From NCBI GenBank assembly GCA_948288625.1, contig CAOHYA010000001.1:486672-550671 (forward strand): 64,000 bases of DNA. Reading direction: 5' to 3'. Shown one piece after another: positions 8,368 through 18,254 of this stretch. The stretch comes from an uncultured Candidatus Saccharibacteria bacterium (GTDB taxonomy: Bacteria > Patescibacteriota > Saccharimonadia > Saccharimonadales > Saccharimonadaceae). The first letter of the stretch is position 1. Every line of letters starts with the position of its first letter. Below the pieces are notes generated by a model. It did not search any database. It was not told the origin of the DNA and worked only from the letters and a program-made list of their open reading frames with translations. The translations under genes were made by a program, and so were the position numbers.

Positions 8368-9399
8368 TTACCCTTGGTTGAGTCGTAATAGTGGCAAATA
8401 AAACGTAAAGGTAGTCCCCTTTTCTCCACTACTTACTTGTAGGTCGCCATGATGGATATCAATGATTTTCTTGGCGATCGAGAGGCCGAGCCCGTACCCG
8501 TTCTGACTACTGTTTGTCCGTGAAGTATCGGCACGGTAAAAACGATCGAACAGCTTAGGGAGTATTTCTTCGGGTATCGGATCACCTAAATTATGAATTT
8601 CAAAACCAATCGTGCCAAGCTTTAAGAATACACGTACTGAAATTTTTGATTTCTTCGGACTGTATTTGAGGGCGTTATCGATAAGAATTCCAATGAGCTC
8701 GCTGATAGCCGGCTCATTAGCTTGGACGACTGCTTTCTTGCGAGCCGTTATGTCGAAGCGCTTCGCGTCGGTTTTGTACATTTTGATTTTTTCATTCAGC
8801 AGTTGCACGATATCGACTGCGCTTCGCTCTAACTTGTCATGGTCGAGGCGAGATAACTGAAGCAACATTTGCGATAACTGAATAAGTTTATTTACTTCTT
8901 CCAAGTTGCTTTCCAGTAACTCTCTGGATTCCTTCTCGCTTAAATGCGGGTCGCGCAAACTTACTTCAAGTTCGGCCTTCATCGCCGCCAAAGGCGTACG
9001 AAGCTCATGGCTGGCGTCGCTGGTAAAACGGCTTTGTGCCTCGTGTGACTCTTCGATTGGCCGAAGCGTGCGTCGTGCCAAGAAGTAACTTCCGAGGCCG
9101 CCGGCTACCAAAATAACAAGATTAATGTAAATGAGCGAAGAGATCATTTGTCCGGCTGCCTGGCTCGACTGAACTGACAACGGGCTATTAGGGCCGAAGA
9201 TCAATGTATACGCATCGTTAGAGTTCGGTGTCACGTACGTCGTGTCATCAAGCAGGCTATGCTGTAAATTTTCTAATCGGAAGCTAATTTCCCGAAAATT
9301 AAGTTGATAAATAACGACGCTAAAAATAATACTGATCGTCATCAATATCGCTAAGTACCACACGGTTAATTTTAGCGTGGCCGATTGAAACATCTGCAT
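8368..9399 (-). CDS. Sensor histidine kinase (HisKA + HATPase_c)
   Basis: Two TM segments, H-box SHELRTPL, N-box DNALKY and G-boxes GYGLGLSI. It is adjacent to an OmpR-type regulator. Confidence 0.85.
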   Translation of the reverse strand: MQMFQSATLKLTVWYLAILMTISIIFSVVIYQLNFREISFRLENLQHSLLDDTTYVTPNSNDAYTLIFGPNSPLSVQSSQAAGQMISSLIYINLVILVAGGLGSYFLARRTLRPIEESHEAQSRFTSDASHELRTPLAAMKAELEVSLRDPHLSEKESRELLESNLEEVNKLIQLSQMLLQLSRLDHDKLERSAVDIVQLLNEKIKMYKTDAKRFDITARKKAVVQANEPAISELIGILIDNALKYSPKKSKISVRVFLKLGTIGFEIHNLGDPIPEEILPKLFDRFYRADTSRTNSSQNGYGLGLSIAKKIIDIHHGDLQVSSGEKGTTFTFYLPLLRLNQG

Positions 9400-9404
9400 A
9401 GTAT

Positions 9405-10076
9405 TTAGGCCTCGAGTTTGTAGCCGAATCCGCGAACGGTATGAATCAACGGTTTTTTAAATGGTACGTCCACTTTGGCACGTAAGTATTTTACGTACAC
9501 TTCAACGGTATTTGGCAGTACGTCGGCATCATAGTCCCATACGTGGCTGATAATCACTTCTTTGCTGATCGGTCGGTTTTGGTTTCGAAGCAAATATTCA
9601 AGCAATGCGAATTCTTTGCTGGTCAGTTGGATTGTTTTTCCGGCACGTTGAACCGAATACGTCACGGTATCAAGCGTTAAATCACCGGCGCTCAACACAT
9701 CGGATTGTTGCTCAGTTGGCCGGCGCAACAAAGCGCGCACCCGAGCCAGTAGTTCTTCCAACGCAAAAGGTTTTACTAGGTAATCGTCGGCACCGGCGTC
9801 AAGCCCGGCGGTACGCTCATGGACGCTATCGAGGGCGCTTAAAAATAATACCGGCGTATGTACTTTTGCCTGTCGCATAGCTTTCACGATGGCGATACCG
9901 TCATATTCACCAGGGAGCATGCGATCGATAATCGCGATGTCGTACGGTTCGGTTGTGGCCATGGCATGACCTTCATCGCCGTCGTACGCAACATCTACCG
10001 CGTAGGTTTCTTGCTCTAACGCCTTTGCGAGCGCACGGGCGATTTTATGTTCATCTTCGACAATCAAAACTCTCAT
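9405..10076 (-). CDS. Response regulator, OmpR/PhoB family
   Basis: Receiver domain (MRVLIVEDE...DVAIIDRMLPG...KPF) plus a winged-helix C-terminus (LTSKEFALLEYL...VRGFGYKL). Confidence 0.9.
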   Translation of the reverse strand: MRVLIVEDEHKIARALAKALEQETYAVDVAYDGDEGHAMATTEPYDIAIIDRMLPGEYDGIAIVKAMRQAKVHTPVLFLSALDSVHERTAGLDAGADDYLVKPFALEELLARVRALLRRPTEQQSDVLSAGDLTLDTVTYSVQRAGKTIQLTSKEFALLEYLLRNQNRPISKEVIISHVWDYDADVLPNTVEVYVKYLRAKVDVPFKKPLIHTVRGFGYKLEA

Positions 10077-10132
10077 ATGAACTAGTATACAGTGATTTTG
10101 CTTAAAGAAATCTTAATAAGAAAATGCGAGGA

Positions 10133-10441
10133 CTAAGCGAATCGCTCGCTCCAGCTTTGCATGTCGCGTAAAATCGGCGTCAGTTCTTTGCCTTTTTGGG
10201 TAAGGCGATATTCGCAGCGGCTTTTTTCAGGGGCGGTTACTTTTTCTATGATGCCTTCTTGTTCAAGCGAATCAAGACGAGCCGAAAGTGTGCGCGGGTT
10301 GATACCCTCGACTAAATCCTGGATCTGACAGAAACGAACAGATTCTTCGTTAATGAAAAAACGAAGTAATTGTGGAGTCCATTTGTCTCCGAGAATCTTA
10401 GTGGCCGCCTTTACGCAGCCGATAGTTTCAGTCGCTTGCAT
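10133..10441 (-). CDS. HxlR-family winged-helix transcriptional regulator
   Basis: GDKWTPQLLRFF...RFCQIQ...INPRTLSARLDSLEQEGII...YRLTQKG matches the HxlR pattern. I prefer ATG 10441 over TTG 10459, because TATAGT lies 9 nt upstream. Confidence 0.7.
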   Translation of the reverse strand: MQATETIGCVKAATKILGDKWTPQLLRFFINEESVRFCQIQDLVEGINPRTLSARLDSLEQEGIIEKVTAPEKSRCEYRLTQKGKELTPILRDMQSWSERFA

Positions 10442-10476
10442 AGTACCTCTACTATACAATATCTAGTGAAAAATTG

Positions 10477-12141
10477 CTACTTAATTAATTCGTTATCGTT
10501 CTTGCTACGGATATGACTCATACTATATTCCCAAGAGGCGTCGGTCTTTTTGTGCGGGTTGAAAATATACAGCGGGTCGAAGATTTCTTTCGTTTCTTTG
10601 AATAATTCGTACATGTCTTGGCCGAATACCGCCGGAAGCCAAGGCCCACGTACCATACCGTCGTTGTGCTCGCCCGCCATGGTGCCGCCGTATTTCAATA
10701 CGATAGGAATCAACTCGCGCATAACGGGTTCAAGTTTGGCCTGATCTTTCGCGCCGGCGATGTCCATGAGGGGTATGACATGGAAATTACCATCTCCGAA
10801 GTGGCCCTGAATCGTTGCCGGAAGTTTATACTTACGAATAACTTTACGAAGCTTCGGAACGAATTCGGGCAAGTAACGAGGCGGCACGGCCATATCGTCG
10901 ATGAAAGGCGATGCGTAACGACCATGTACCTGATTTTGCAAAAGAGACAAGGCAGCCCGGCGGATCTTCCAAAAAGGTGCGCTGGAAGCTTCGTCGGCCT
11001 CGATGTCCATTTTGATTTTGTACGATTTCAAATCGTCGTGAAGAATGGAGATCTTATCCAGAACTTCGCCTTTCGTCTGGCCGTCGAACTCGATCATGAG
11101 GAACATTTCAGGAATGTGACCTTTGAACTTGGCGACTGACTTTAAGAGAATACTTTGTTGGCGCAGCCATTCTTTGGTGCCGAGTTGCTTTCGGAATGTA
11201 TTGAAGTATTTCAAGCCGAGGTTGAAAGTAATATTGTCGAACCCTTCGAAGGTAGCCGGCTCGTGATGCATGACGGTCGCGATTACATCACCCAGGTTCT
11301 TGATGGAAGGAAGATACGCCAACAACAGTCCGGAATGCGGTGCTTTCGGTACGGCTTCGATAGTGATGTCGGTAATGACGCCCAACGTTCCTTGGCTGCC
11401 GGTAAACAGTCGAGTCATATCAAAGATACCGGTGTCGCGATCCCAGACGCTCCATAAGTTGTAGCCCATCGAGTTCTTATTTACATGCGGTCGGGCATTC
11501 TTAACAAGGTCGTAATTACTTTCGATGAGTTCATACGTCTTTCGGTACAAATCCGCTTCGTAAGTTGTTTCCTTTAGTTTTTGTTGCAGCTGCTTGCGGT
11601 TGAGGGGCTTGATGGTGTATTCGTTGCCGTCGGCCAAAACGACGTTCAGCTCACGCACCCAGCGTTCAGTGTTACCGTATTGTAATGAACGCTCGCCGCC
11701 TGAATTATTTCCTATCATGCCACCGATCGTGTTGATGGCGCGACTGGCGGGGACGCAGCCTAAATGGAGCTGCTGGTCATACAGCAACGGGTCGATATCG
11801 CGCATGTACACGCCAGGCTGGGTATTCAACAAAGTACCTTGAAGCGACTTGATCGTATTGAAGTGCGTCGTCATGTCGAGAACGAGCGAGCTGCCTAAAG
11901 GGCCTCCGGACATATCGGTCCCCGCGCTCCGAGGCGTAATGGCTAGTTTCGGATGACTGCTTTTATTTTTGACGACGAATTTCACGAGCTTCTGTATGTC
12001 AATGCTATCGACTGGGCTAATCACGGCGTCGGGAAGAATTTCATATACGCTGGCGTCGTGGCTTGCCCGATGGAGAACATCGGTATCGATACTGATCTCA
12101 CCTTTAATAAGTTTCCGGAGCTTCGGAATAACATCATCCAT
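10477..12141 (-). CDS. FAD-binding oxidase (FAD-linked oxidase/GlcD-like), paralog 1
   Basis: FAD_binding_4-type N-terminus (PRSAGTDMSGG, GGMIGNNSGGERS) and C-terminal HFGDGNFH...GEHNDG. It is 554 aa, the same length as, and colinear with, 36586..38250. Confidence 0.8.
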   Translation of the reverse strand: MDDVIPKLRKLIKGEISIDTDVLHRASHDASVYEILPDAVISPVDSIDIQKLVKFVVKNKSSHPKLAITPRSAGTDMSGGPLGSSLVLDMTTHFNTIKSLQGTLLNTQPGVYMRDIDPLLYDQQLHLGCVPASRAINTIGGMIGNNSGGERSLQYGNTERWVRELNVVLADGNEYTIKPLNRKQLQQKLKETTYEADLYRKTYELIESNYDLVKNARPHVNKNSMGYNLWSVWDRDTGIFDMTRLFTGSQGTLGVITDITIEAVPKAPHSGLLLAYLPSIKNLGDVIATVMHHEPATFEGFDNITFNLGLKYFNTFRKQLGTKEWLRQQSILLKSVAKFKGHIPEMFLMIEFDGQTKGEVLDKISILHDDLKSYKIKMDIEADEASSAPFWKIRRAALSLLQNQVHGRYASPFIDDMAVPPRYLPEFVPKLRKVIRKYKLPATIQGHFGDGNFHVIPLMDIAGAKDQAKLEPVMRELIPIVLKYGGTMAGEHNDGMVRGPWLPAVFGQDMYELFKETKEIFDPLYIFNPHKKTDASWEYSMSHIRSKNDNELIK

Positions 12142-12223
12142 ATGCTTCTACTATACGTGAGCCATAAGCAGAATGCCATAACCTCTTCGCTTACTTCGGT
12201 AAAAGTGGTGTATAATACGCCAC

Positions 12224-13363
12224 ATGAGAACTCAAATTGAAATAGATACACGTACATTCGTTCGTTTTTGGCTCGTCGTCATCGGCATGGGCTTGGCAAT
12301 CCTATTAATATATAACGCGCGCGTCGCGCTGATGATCCTTGGCGTTGCCTTGTTCTTGGCACTTGCCTTGAACGGCCCTGTGTCAAAGATATCTCGCCGA
12401 CTCCCGGGCAAAAGCCGTGTTGGTGCGACCGCAATCGCGTACGTCATCGTCGTCGCCTTGCTCGGTGCCTTCGTCTTCCTGCTGATTCCGCCGGTCGTTC
12501 AGCAGACTGCTGGCTTCATTCAAACAGCACCATCATTGCTTGATTCAGCCTCGACCCCTCTTAAGGGGTTGAACGACTTTGTCGATCAATACGAACTTCG
12601 ACCACAGGTTGATAGCGCGATCGCTTCTGCCAAAGAAAATGCCGCGGGCTGGGCAAGTAACGTCGGTAAAGGCTTGATTACTGGTATCGGTTCGATCTTC
12701 AGCTTCTTTGCTGCCGCCTTACTCGTATTGGTGCTCACCTTCCTGATGCTCATCGAAGGCCCAATGTGGATGAAGCGCATCTGGGGCGTTTATAAAGACA
12801 AGAAAAAGATGGAAAAGCACCGTCGTGTCGCTGGTAAAATGTACACGGTCGTTACCGGATACATCACTGGCCAGTTGACCGTATCGACTATCGGTGCCGT
12901 CACTGCCGGGTTCGCCGTTTTCGTTCTTAGCCTTATCTTCCCTCAAGTCGAAGCTGGCTTGGCGATGCCGACAGCCGCCATTACCTTCTTGCTCTCGCTC
13001 ATTCCTATGTTCGGTGCGACGATTGGTGGTACGATTATCACCCTGCTCTTGGCTCTCAACAGTCTACCGGCAGCGATTATCTACGCCATCTTCTTCATCG
13101 TGTACCAACAAATTGAAAATAACTTTATCTCACCGCACATTCAATCGAAGCGCATCAACCTATCGGCGCTGATGATCTTAAGTGCCGTGACGATTGGTTT
13201 GTACATGTTCGGTATCGTCGGTGGTATTATCGCTATCCCTATCGCCGGAAGCATCCGTATCCTCGTAGAGGAATTCCTCGAGAACCGCGATTCTATCGAG
13301 AATCACGAAAGCAAGCCAAAGGCGTTGCTGGCGAAAATTACCGGCACTAAAGCTAAGAAGTAA
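12224..13363 (+). CDS. AI-2E family transporter (PerM/UPF0118)
   Basis: About 8 TM segments and the conserved C-terminal block IENNFISPHIQSKRINLSAL. ATG lies 7 nt after TATAAT (12211-12216). Confidence 0.8.
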   Translation: MRTQIEIDTRTFVRFWLVVIGMGLAILLIYNARVALMILGVALFLALALNGPVSKISRRLPGKSRVGATAIAYVIVVALLGAFVFLLIPPVVQQTAGFIQTAPSLLDSASTPLKGLNDFVDQYELRPQVDSAIASAKENAAGWASNVGKGLITGIGSIFSFFAAALLVLVLTFLMLIEGPMWMKRIWGVYKDKKKMEKHRRVAGKMYTVVTGYITGQLTVSTIGAVTAGFAVFVLSLIFPQVEAGLAMPTAAITFLLSLIPMFGATIGGTIITLLLALNSLPAAIIYAIFFIVYQQIENNFISPHIQSKRINLSALMILSAVTIGLYMFGIVGGIIAIPIAGSIRILVEEFLENRDSIENHESKPKALLAKITGTKAKK

Positions 13364-14816
13364 TATATTCCCAAATCGGGCCAGAAGCGGTGTCGCGCAC
13401 AGTGACGCCGCTTTTTTCGAGCTCGACACGTAGTGCGTCGGACTTTCCGTAGTCCTTTTGCTCGCGGGAACGAGTACGTTCGATAATGATTCGCTTTTGA
13501 TCGTCGGTAATATCTTTGGTTGTTTCAAGCAGGTTAAGACCGAGGAGTTCGTCGATGGTTTCTATGAAGCTCACGAGGGCGTGCTGGTGCAAGTCGCCAA
13601 GCTTACTTGAAACAATGGTGTCGAAAGCATCATCGATGAGGGCGAGAGCTTCTGGTGTGTTAAGGTCGTCGGAAATTGCTTCTATTACTTTTTGAGAAGC
13701 GGCATACAATGAAACGGTCTTACTGTCGTCTTCGGTATCACCATCTTCCTTGATCGTATCGTGGATTTGGTGACGGAGTACGGCTACGTTTCGCCAGTTA
13801 CGACGACGGTTAGCCGCCGCCGTGAGGTTTTCAAACGTAAAGTTACCTTCGGTACGATAATGGCTTTGCAGCACGAACATACGCAAATCAAGCGGGTCAT
13901 AGCCTTTTTCTTCGAGGTCGCTTAACGTATAGCCATTGCCAAGTGACTTGCTGATTTTTGTGCCGTCAACCTTAAGGTGGTTGTTATGAAGCCAGAATTT
14001 GCTGAATACGTTGCCGCTGGCCGCTTCGGACTGAGCGATCTCGTTGGTATGATGTACGGGTATATGATCGATACCACCGGTATGGATGTCGATGGTTTCA
14101 CCTAGTAGGCTCATGGCCATAGCCGAACATTCGAGGTGCCAGCCTGGGAAGCCCATTTTAATCCCACTTTCATCAGTAAGATCGGCGGGTGTCTCCCATT
14201 CCATGTCACGTTTTTCGCCGGTTGGGGTGAATTTCCAGAGAGCAAAGTCGCTTGGGTGGTGTTTTTCCGGGTTGAACTCGACACGAGCGCCGGCCTTTTG
14301 GGCTTCAAGGTCGAGGTCGGCAAAGCTCGCGTACGTAGGAAATTTTAATGTATCAAAATAGATACCATCATCAATTTGGTAAGTGTAGCCTTTTTCTTTC
14401 AAGATGCGTACAAGCTCAAGTTGCTGCTGGATGTATTCGGTTGCCTTTGGCATGTGGGTTGGCGCAATCAGATTAAGCGCCCTCATACCAGCGATGAAGT
14501 CATCGGTATAAAACTGGGCGACTTCCCAAGCAGTCTTACCTTCCCGCTTAGCGCCTTTTTCCAGCTTGTCTTCTCCGTCATCGGCGTCGCTTACAAGGTG
14601 GCCAACGTCAGTGATGTTCATGACACGAGTCACTTGATTGCCGTGGGCCTGCAAAATACGTACGAGGGTATCCCAGTAAATGTAGGCAGTCCAGTTACCG
14701 ACGGTCAAATAGTTATAAACTGTCGGGCCACAGGTATAGAGATGTACGTACCCTTCCTCGAGTGGCGTAAACGGTTCAACTGACTTTGTTAACTGGTTAT
14801 GAAATTGCAGACTCAT
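13353..14816 (-). CDS. cysS: Cysteine--tRNA ligase
   Basis: YTCGPTVYNYLTVGN (the HIGH region is degenerate), GWHLECSAM and KISKSLGN (KMSKS). Length is full. Confidence 0.95.
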   Translation of the reverse strand: MSLQFHNQLTKSVEPFTPLEEGYVHLYTCGPTVYNYLTVGNWTAYIYWDTLVRILQAHGNQVTRVMNITDVGHLVSDADDGEDKLEKGAKREGKTAWEVAQFYTDDFIAGMRALNLIAPTHMPKATEYIQQQLELVRILKEKGYTYQIDDGIYFDTLKFPTYASFADLDLEAQKAGARVEFNPEKHHPSDFALWKFTPTGEKRDMEWETPADLTDESGIKMGFPGWHLECSAMAMSLLGETIDIHTGGIDHIPVHHTNEIAQSEAASGNVFSKFWLHNNHLKVDGTKISKSLGNGYTLSDLEEKGYDPLDLRMFVLQSHYRTEGNFTFENLTAAANRRRNWRNVAVLRHQIHDTIKEDGDTEDDSKTVSLYAASQKVIEAISDDLNTPEALALIDDAFDTIVSSKLGDLHQHALVSFIETIDELLGLNLLETTKDITDDQKRIIIERTRSREQKDYGKSDALRVELEKSGVTVRDTASGPIWEYITS

Positions 14817-15795
14817 AGTCGGTAAGCGCCTTATCTACTGCATTAACTAATTCTGAAATAAGTGTGTCATATTTTTCATATATTTTGAAGCCGGAAGCGT
14901 ATTCGTGGCCGCCTCCGCCAAAGAAACCAGCGACGGTCGTACCGACAGGTATATTCGCACGCACCTTACCGGTTAATTTGCCGTCGGGGTATGTCTTTAT
15001 GGCGACCGCTACTTGAACGGTGTCTACCAGGCGCATTTCATCAAGTACTAACACGCTTGGGTTGTAGCGGTCGCTAAATTCTTCGATTTCACTCCAGGGA
15101 ATATGGACGGTCGCGAGTTTGCCGTCTAAGAAATACTCGACTCGCTCGATAAGTCGGCCCTTGTAAGCAAGAATGTCGGCCGGCTTCTTCATATATTCAC
15201 GGCGACGCGCCTCAATTTCAGCCGGTACGGCACCAAGAGCCACGAGCTCGGCGGCCGTGGTATAGCTTTTGGCCGTGGTAGTTTGAGTGGTGAGCCCGAG
15301 ACTGTCGGCTTGAATGGAAATAAACAAGCTTTCGGCGGCTTGCGGATTGATGGCCCACTGTGCTTGTTGAGCAAGCTCGAAGATAATTTCACTGGTCGCG
15401 ACGGCATCGCTTTCGATGAGGTTTGTCGTTTCGAACGGTAAATCGCCGACTTCTGTTTGGTGGTGGTCGATGACCAGTACCGGGTGCGATTCGAAAAAGT
15501 GGCGGACGCCTGGTTGCTCTAAAGCTTGAACCATCAATGCTTGGCTCGAAGTATCAACTATAATGGCCGCATCACGATCGGTCGGCCAGTCTTTTACTAC
15601 CCTATCCCAGCCGTTGATATAGCGGAGGTACTTTGGAATGTCGATAGCGCAGTACATCACGACATCCTTGCCGGCATCGGAAAGAATTTCTTCTAGGGCA
15701 ATGGAACTTCCAAGGCTATCGCCGTCGGGATTTTCGGCTTGGATGACGACAATTTTTTGGACTTCGGAAATAAGTTGTATGGAATCTTTAAACAT
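14797..15795 (-). CDS. nrnA: DHH-family phosphoesterase (NrnA-type oligoribonuclease/pAp phosphatase)
   Basis: The DGDSLGS, DHH and GGGH motifs appear in canonical order (DHH + DHHA1). Confidence 0.8.
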   Translation of the reverse strand: MFKDSIQLISEVQKIVVIQAENPDGDSLGSSIALEEILSDAGKDVVMYCAIDIPKYLRYINGWDRVVKDWPTDRDAAIIVDTSSQALMVQALEQPGVRHFFESHPVLVIDHHQTEVGDLPFETTNLIESDAVATSEIIFELAQQAQWAINPQAAESLFISIQADSLGLTTQTTTAKSYTTAAELVALGAVPAEIEARRREYMKKPADILAYKGRLIERVEYFLDGKLATVHIPWSEIEEFSDRYNPSVLVLDEMRLVDTVQVAVAIKTYPDGKLTGKVRANIPVGTTVAGFFGGGGHEYASGFKIYEKYDTLISELVNAVDKALTDYESAIS

Positions 15796-15816
15796 TGCTA
15801 CTTATTGTAGCAGAAG

Positions 15817-16434
15817 TTAAAGAAGCGTACGTCGGCCTTCCAGCGCATGCCCCAAAGTAATCTGATCGGCATACTCCAAATCGACGCCGACTGGTATACC
15901 CCGGGCCAATCGGCTCATCTTTACGTCAAGTCCGGCATCCTTGATGTGCTTTTGTAAGAATAACGCCGTCGATTCACCCTCGACGCTCGCGTTAGTGGCA
16001 ATGATTAGTTCTTCAACCTCGTCATCAGCCAATCGTTTTAAAAGCTCAGGTATATGCAACTGCTCGGGGCCTATGCCGTCGATCGGGCTCATGGCACCAC
16101 CAAGAACATGATACGTGCCTTTGAATTGGCCGGTTCGTTCGAGCGCCACTATATCAAGCGGTTCTTCGACGACGGCAACCAGTTTACGGTTACGGTCGCT
16201 ATCGGAATAAAGTGCCGAAACCTCTTCGTCGGCATCGATCAACGCGAAAGTAACCGGACATGTCTTAACAAGCGTGTGTATGTCATGCACGGCGGTCGCA
16301 AGGCTGTCGTTTATACGTTGGTCGGCACGCAACAAATAATACGCGTAGCGTTCGGCGGTGCGCTGCCCTACTCCCGGCAGCCGACCTAATTCTTCGATCA
16401 GCTTTTCAAGTGCTGCTGGCAGCAATCGAGGCAC
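15817..16434 (-). CDS. recR: Recombination protein RecR (zinc-finger cysteines degenerate)
   Basis: HhH LPGVGQRTAERYAYYLL, a Toprim region and GIPVGVDLEYAD. Only one of the four canonical Zn-finger Cys residues is present (KTCPVTFALIDADEEVSALYSDS). Confidence 0.9.
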   Translation of the reverse strand: MPRLLPAALEKLIEELGRLPGVGQRTAERYAYYLLRADQRINDSLATAVHDIHTLVKTCPVTFALIDADEEVSALYSDSDRNRKLVAVVEEPLDIVALERTGQFKGTYHVLGGAMSPIDGIGPEQLHIPELLKRLADDEVEELIIATNASVEGESTALFLQKHIKDAGLDVKMSRLARGIPVGVDLEYADQITLGHALEGRRTLL

Positions 16435-16437
16435 GAG

Positions 16438-16728
16438 CTATAGTCCTAGGTTGCCAAGGCCACCCATGAGAGGCTTCATCTTTTCAGCGGCGACTTCTTG
16501 TGCCTTAGCGAGGCCGTCACGAACGGCAATTTCGATCCAGTGTTCAAGCTCGGCGATATCGTCGAGGTCGACCTGAGCCGGGTCGATGTTAATTTTCTTG
16601 ATCTTAAGTTCACCGGTAATTTGTACGACGACTGCGCCGTCGCCGGCTTCCACTTCGATGATTTCTTTTTTCAAATCACTTTGTGCTTTACGCAATTTGT
16701 TCAACATTTTTACTTGGTCAAAAGCCAT
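16438..16728 (-). CDS. ybaB: Nucleoid-associated protein YbaB/EbfC
   Basis: 96 aa, with the conserved dnaX-ybaB-recR neighbourhood and the pattern QSDLKKE...VEAGDGAVVVQITGE. Confidence 0.85.
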   Translation of the reverse strand: MAFDQVKMLNKLRKAQSDLKKEIIEVEAGDGAVVVQITGELKIKKINIDPAQVDLDDIAELEHWIEIAVRDGLAKAQEVAAEKMKPLMGGLGNLGL

Positions 16729-16779
16729 GGTCTATTTCTCCGTCAAAACTCTATTAATAAACTTCTTCTTAATTATACG

Positions 16780-18210
16780 TTACACGTCAGCTTTTTTGTA
16801 GCTGTACAGGCGGTCGGACTGTTCGGAGTGGCCATTCGTAATGATCTTTTCGACTACATATCCTTCGAATGACTTACGAGCATCTCGCGTAACGGTGAAC
16901 CGTTCACTTGTTGGGTTTGTGACGACCGATAATCCGTCACGGTATTGAGCGACTGCTTCGTAAAAGTCTCGTTCATCTTCAGAGACAACTAGTTCTTTGG
17001 TGTCTTTCGGAAGCAGCGCCAGGTCTTTATTGAATAATGTAGCTTGAGCGGTGCTGTAATGATAGCCGTAAATATAACGAGCTAAGCCTGACACGCTCAG
17101 GGCGAATACCAAAATAACAATTGGGATAAGGCCTACCACACGGGCATACGGGTTCAGTGGGAACAGACGATACCAGTACCCGATCAAACTGGTCAAACCG
17201 GCTGCGAGCAATAGCATCGAGGGTACGAATGTCACGCTGGTGAAGATAGGGTTCAAAAGAAGTACCGGTATCAAACACACGATCCAGATGATAATCAGGT
17301 AACTTCGAGTGGTATCACGGGTACGGAGTATTCGATACAGTCCAAGCAGGATCAGAATAACCGATCCAAGGCCGAATACCGGTGTCATCAAGGCGGTCGT
17401 TCCCGGATCCCAGAACAAGAAGTACTGCTTCAGGACGGTAATGACGTTCGCGGTGATATCCGGCGGCCATATCGCCGGAATACCAAGCAGAGTTAAGCCA
17501 AGTTGTGGGTTTATAGTGATACCGTACACCAACGGCGCAAGGAGTGCCAAGAAAATCATGCTTACAACTGTCAGTCGAATTTTAGACAGCTTGCGTATGG
17601 CATTTCGTAGATGAGGGTGCAGTACCGTCGCCAAACCAATTGCTATCAATGGATAGATACTGAGTGGAGTATATAAGCTCAACGCAGCGGCGATCGCGAA
17701 TAGTATTTTCCATAGCAAGCGAAATTTTTTACCACGAGTAATTTGGGTTCCGAGCAGCAAAAGAACGACCGGCCAAAAAACATATAAAATCCCAGGCGTT
17801 CCTTGTTGAGCGATAAACAAGAACTGGCCGGTAGTAATCGCGATAAGTGATGCAAGCACCGCAATATTGGGCTTGAACCAGCGACGGAGCAGCAAAATGA
17901 AGCCTACGGCTGACAGTAACGCGAGAATAAGAGACGGTAACTTCAGAGTAAAGATAGATATACCAAATACGGACAGAACACCCGCTTGGAGCGCGTAGTA
18001 CGGCAAGCTGGTAATCGCGAGGGTCGACGGATCGTCGATCGATAGCGACGCACTTCGAACGGCTGATACCATTTCCTGTGCCGATAATGCTCCCGGCAAG
18101 AAGAAGCCGACGAACACAAGCATTCCCGTTAAAAGGAGGCCGATAAGGCTATATCCGATGATATAACGCCAGCGATACAAAGAGTATTTTGAAAAATCAA
18201 GCTTAGCCAT
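16780..18210 (-). CDS. Polytopic membrane protein, possible GT-C (ArnT/PMT-like) glycosyltransferase
   Basis: About 12 TM helices with a soluble C-terminal domain. The architecture resembles family 39 glycosyltransferases, but I could not verify a catalytic motif. Confidence 0.4.
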   Translation of the reverse strand: MAKLDFSKYSLYRWRYIIGYSLIGLLLTGMLVFVGFFLPGALSAQEMVSAVRSASLSIDDPSTLAITSLPYYALQAGVLSVFGISIFTLKLPSLILALLSAVGFILLLRRWFKPNIAVLASLIAITTGQFLFIAQQGTPGILYVFWPVVLLLLGTQITRGKKFRLLWKILFAIAAALSLYTPLSIYPLIAIGLATVLHPHLRNAIRKLSKIRLTVVSMIFLALLAPLVYGITINPQLGLTLLGIPAIWPPDITANVITVLKQYFLFWDPGTTALMTPVFGLGSVILILLGLYRILRTRDTTRSYLIIIWIVCLIPVLLLNPIFTSVTFVPSMLLLAAGLTSLIGYWYRLFPLNPYARVVGLIPIVILVFALSVSGLARYIYGYHYSTAQATLFNKDLALLPKDTKELVVSEDERDFYEAVAQYRDGLSVVTNPTSERFTVTRDARKSFEGYVVEKIITNGHSEQSDRLYSYKKADV

Positions 18211-18254
18211 GGTGTTCCTTTAAGTATATCACGAGGCGTTCGCTGAAATGAGTG

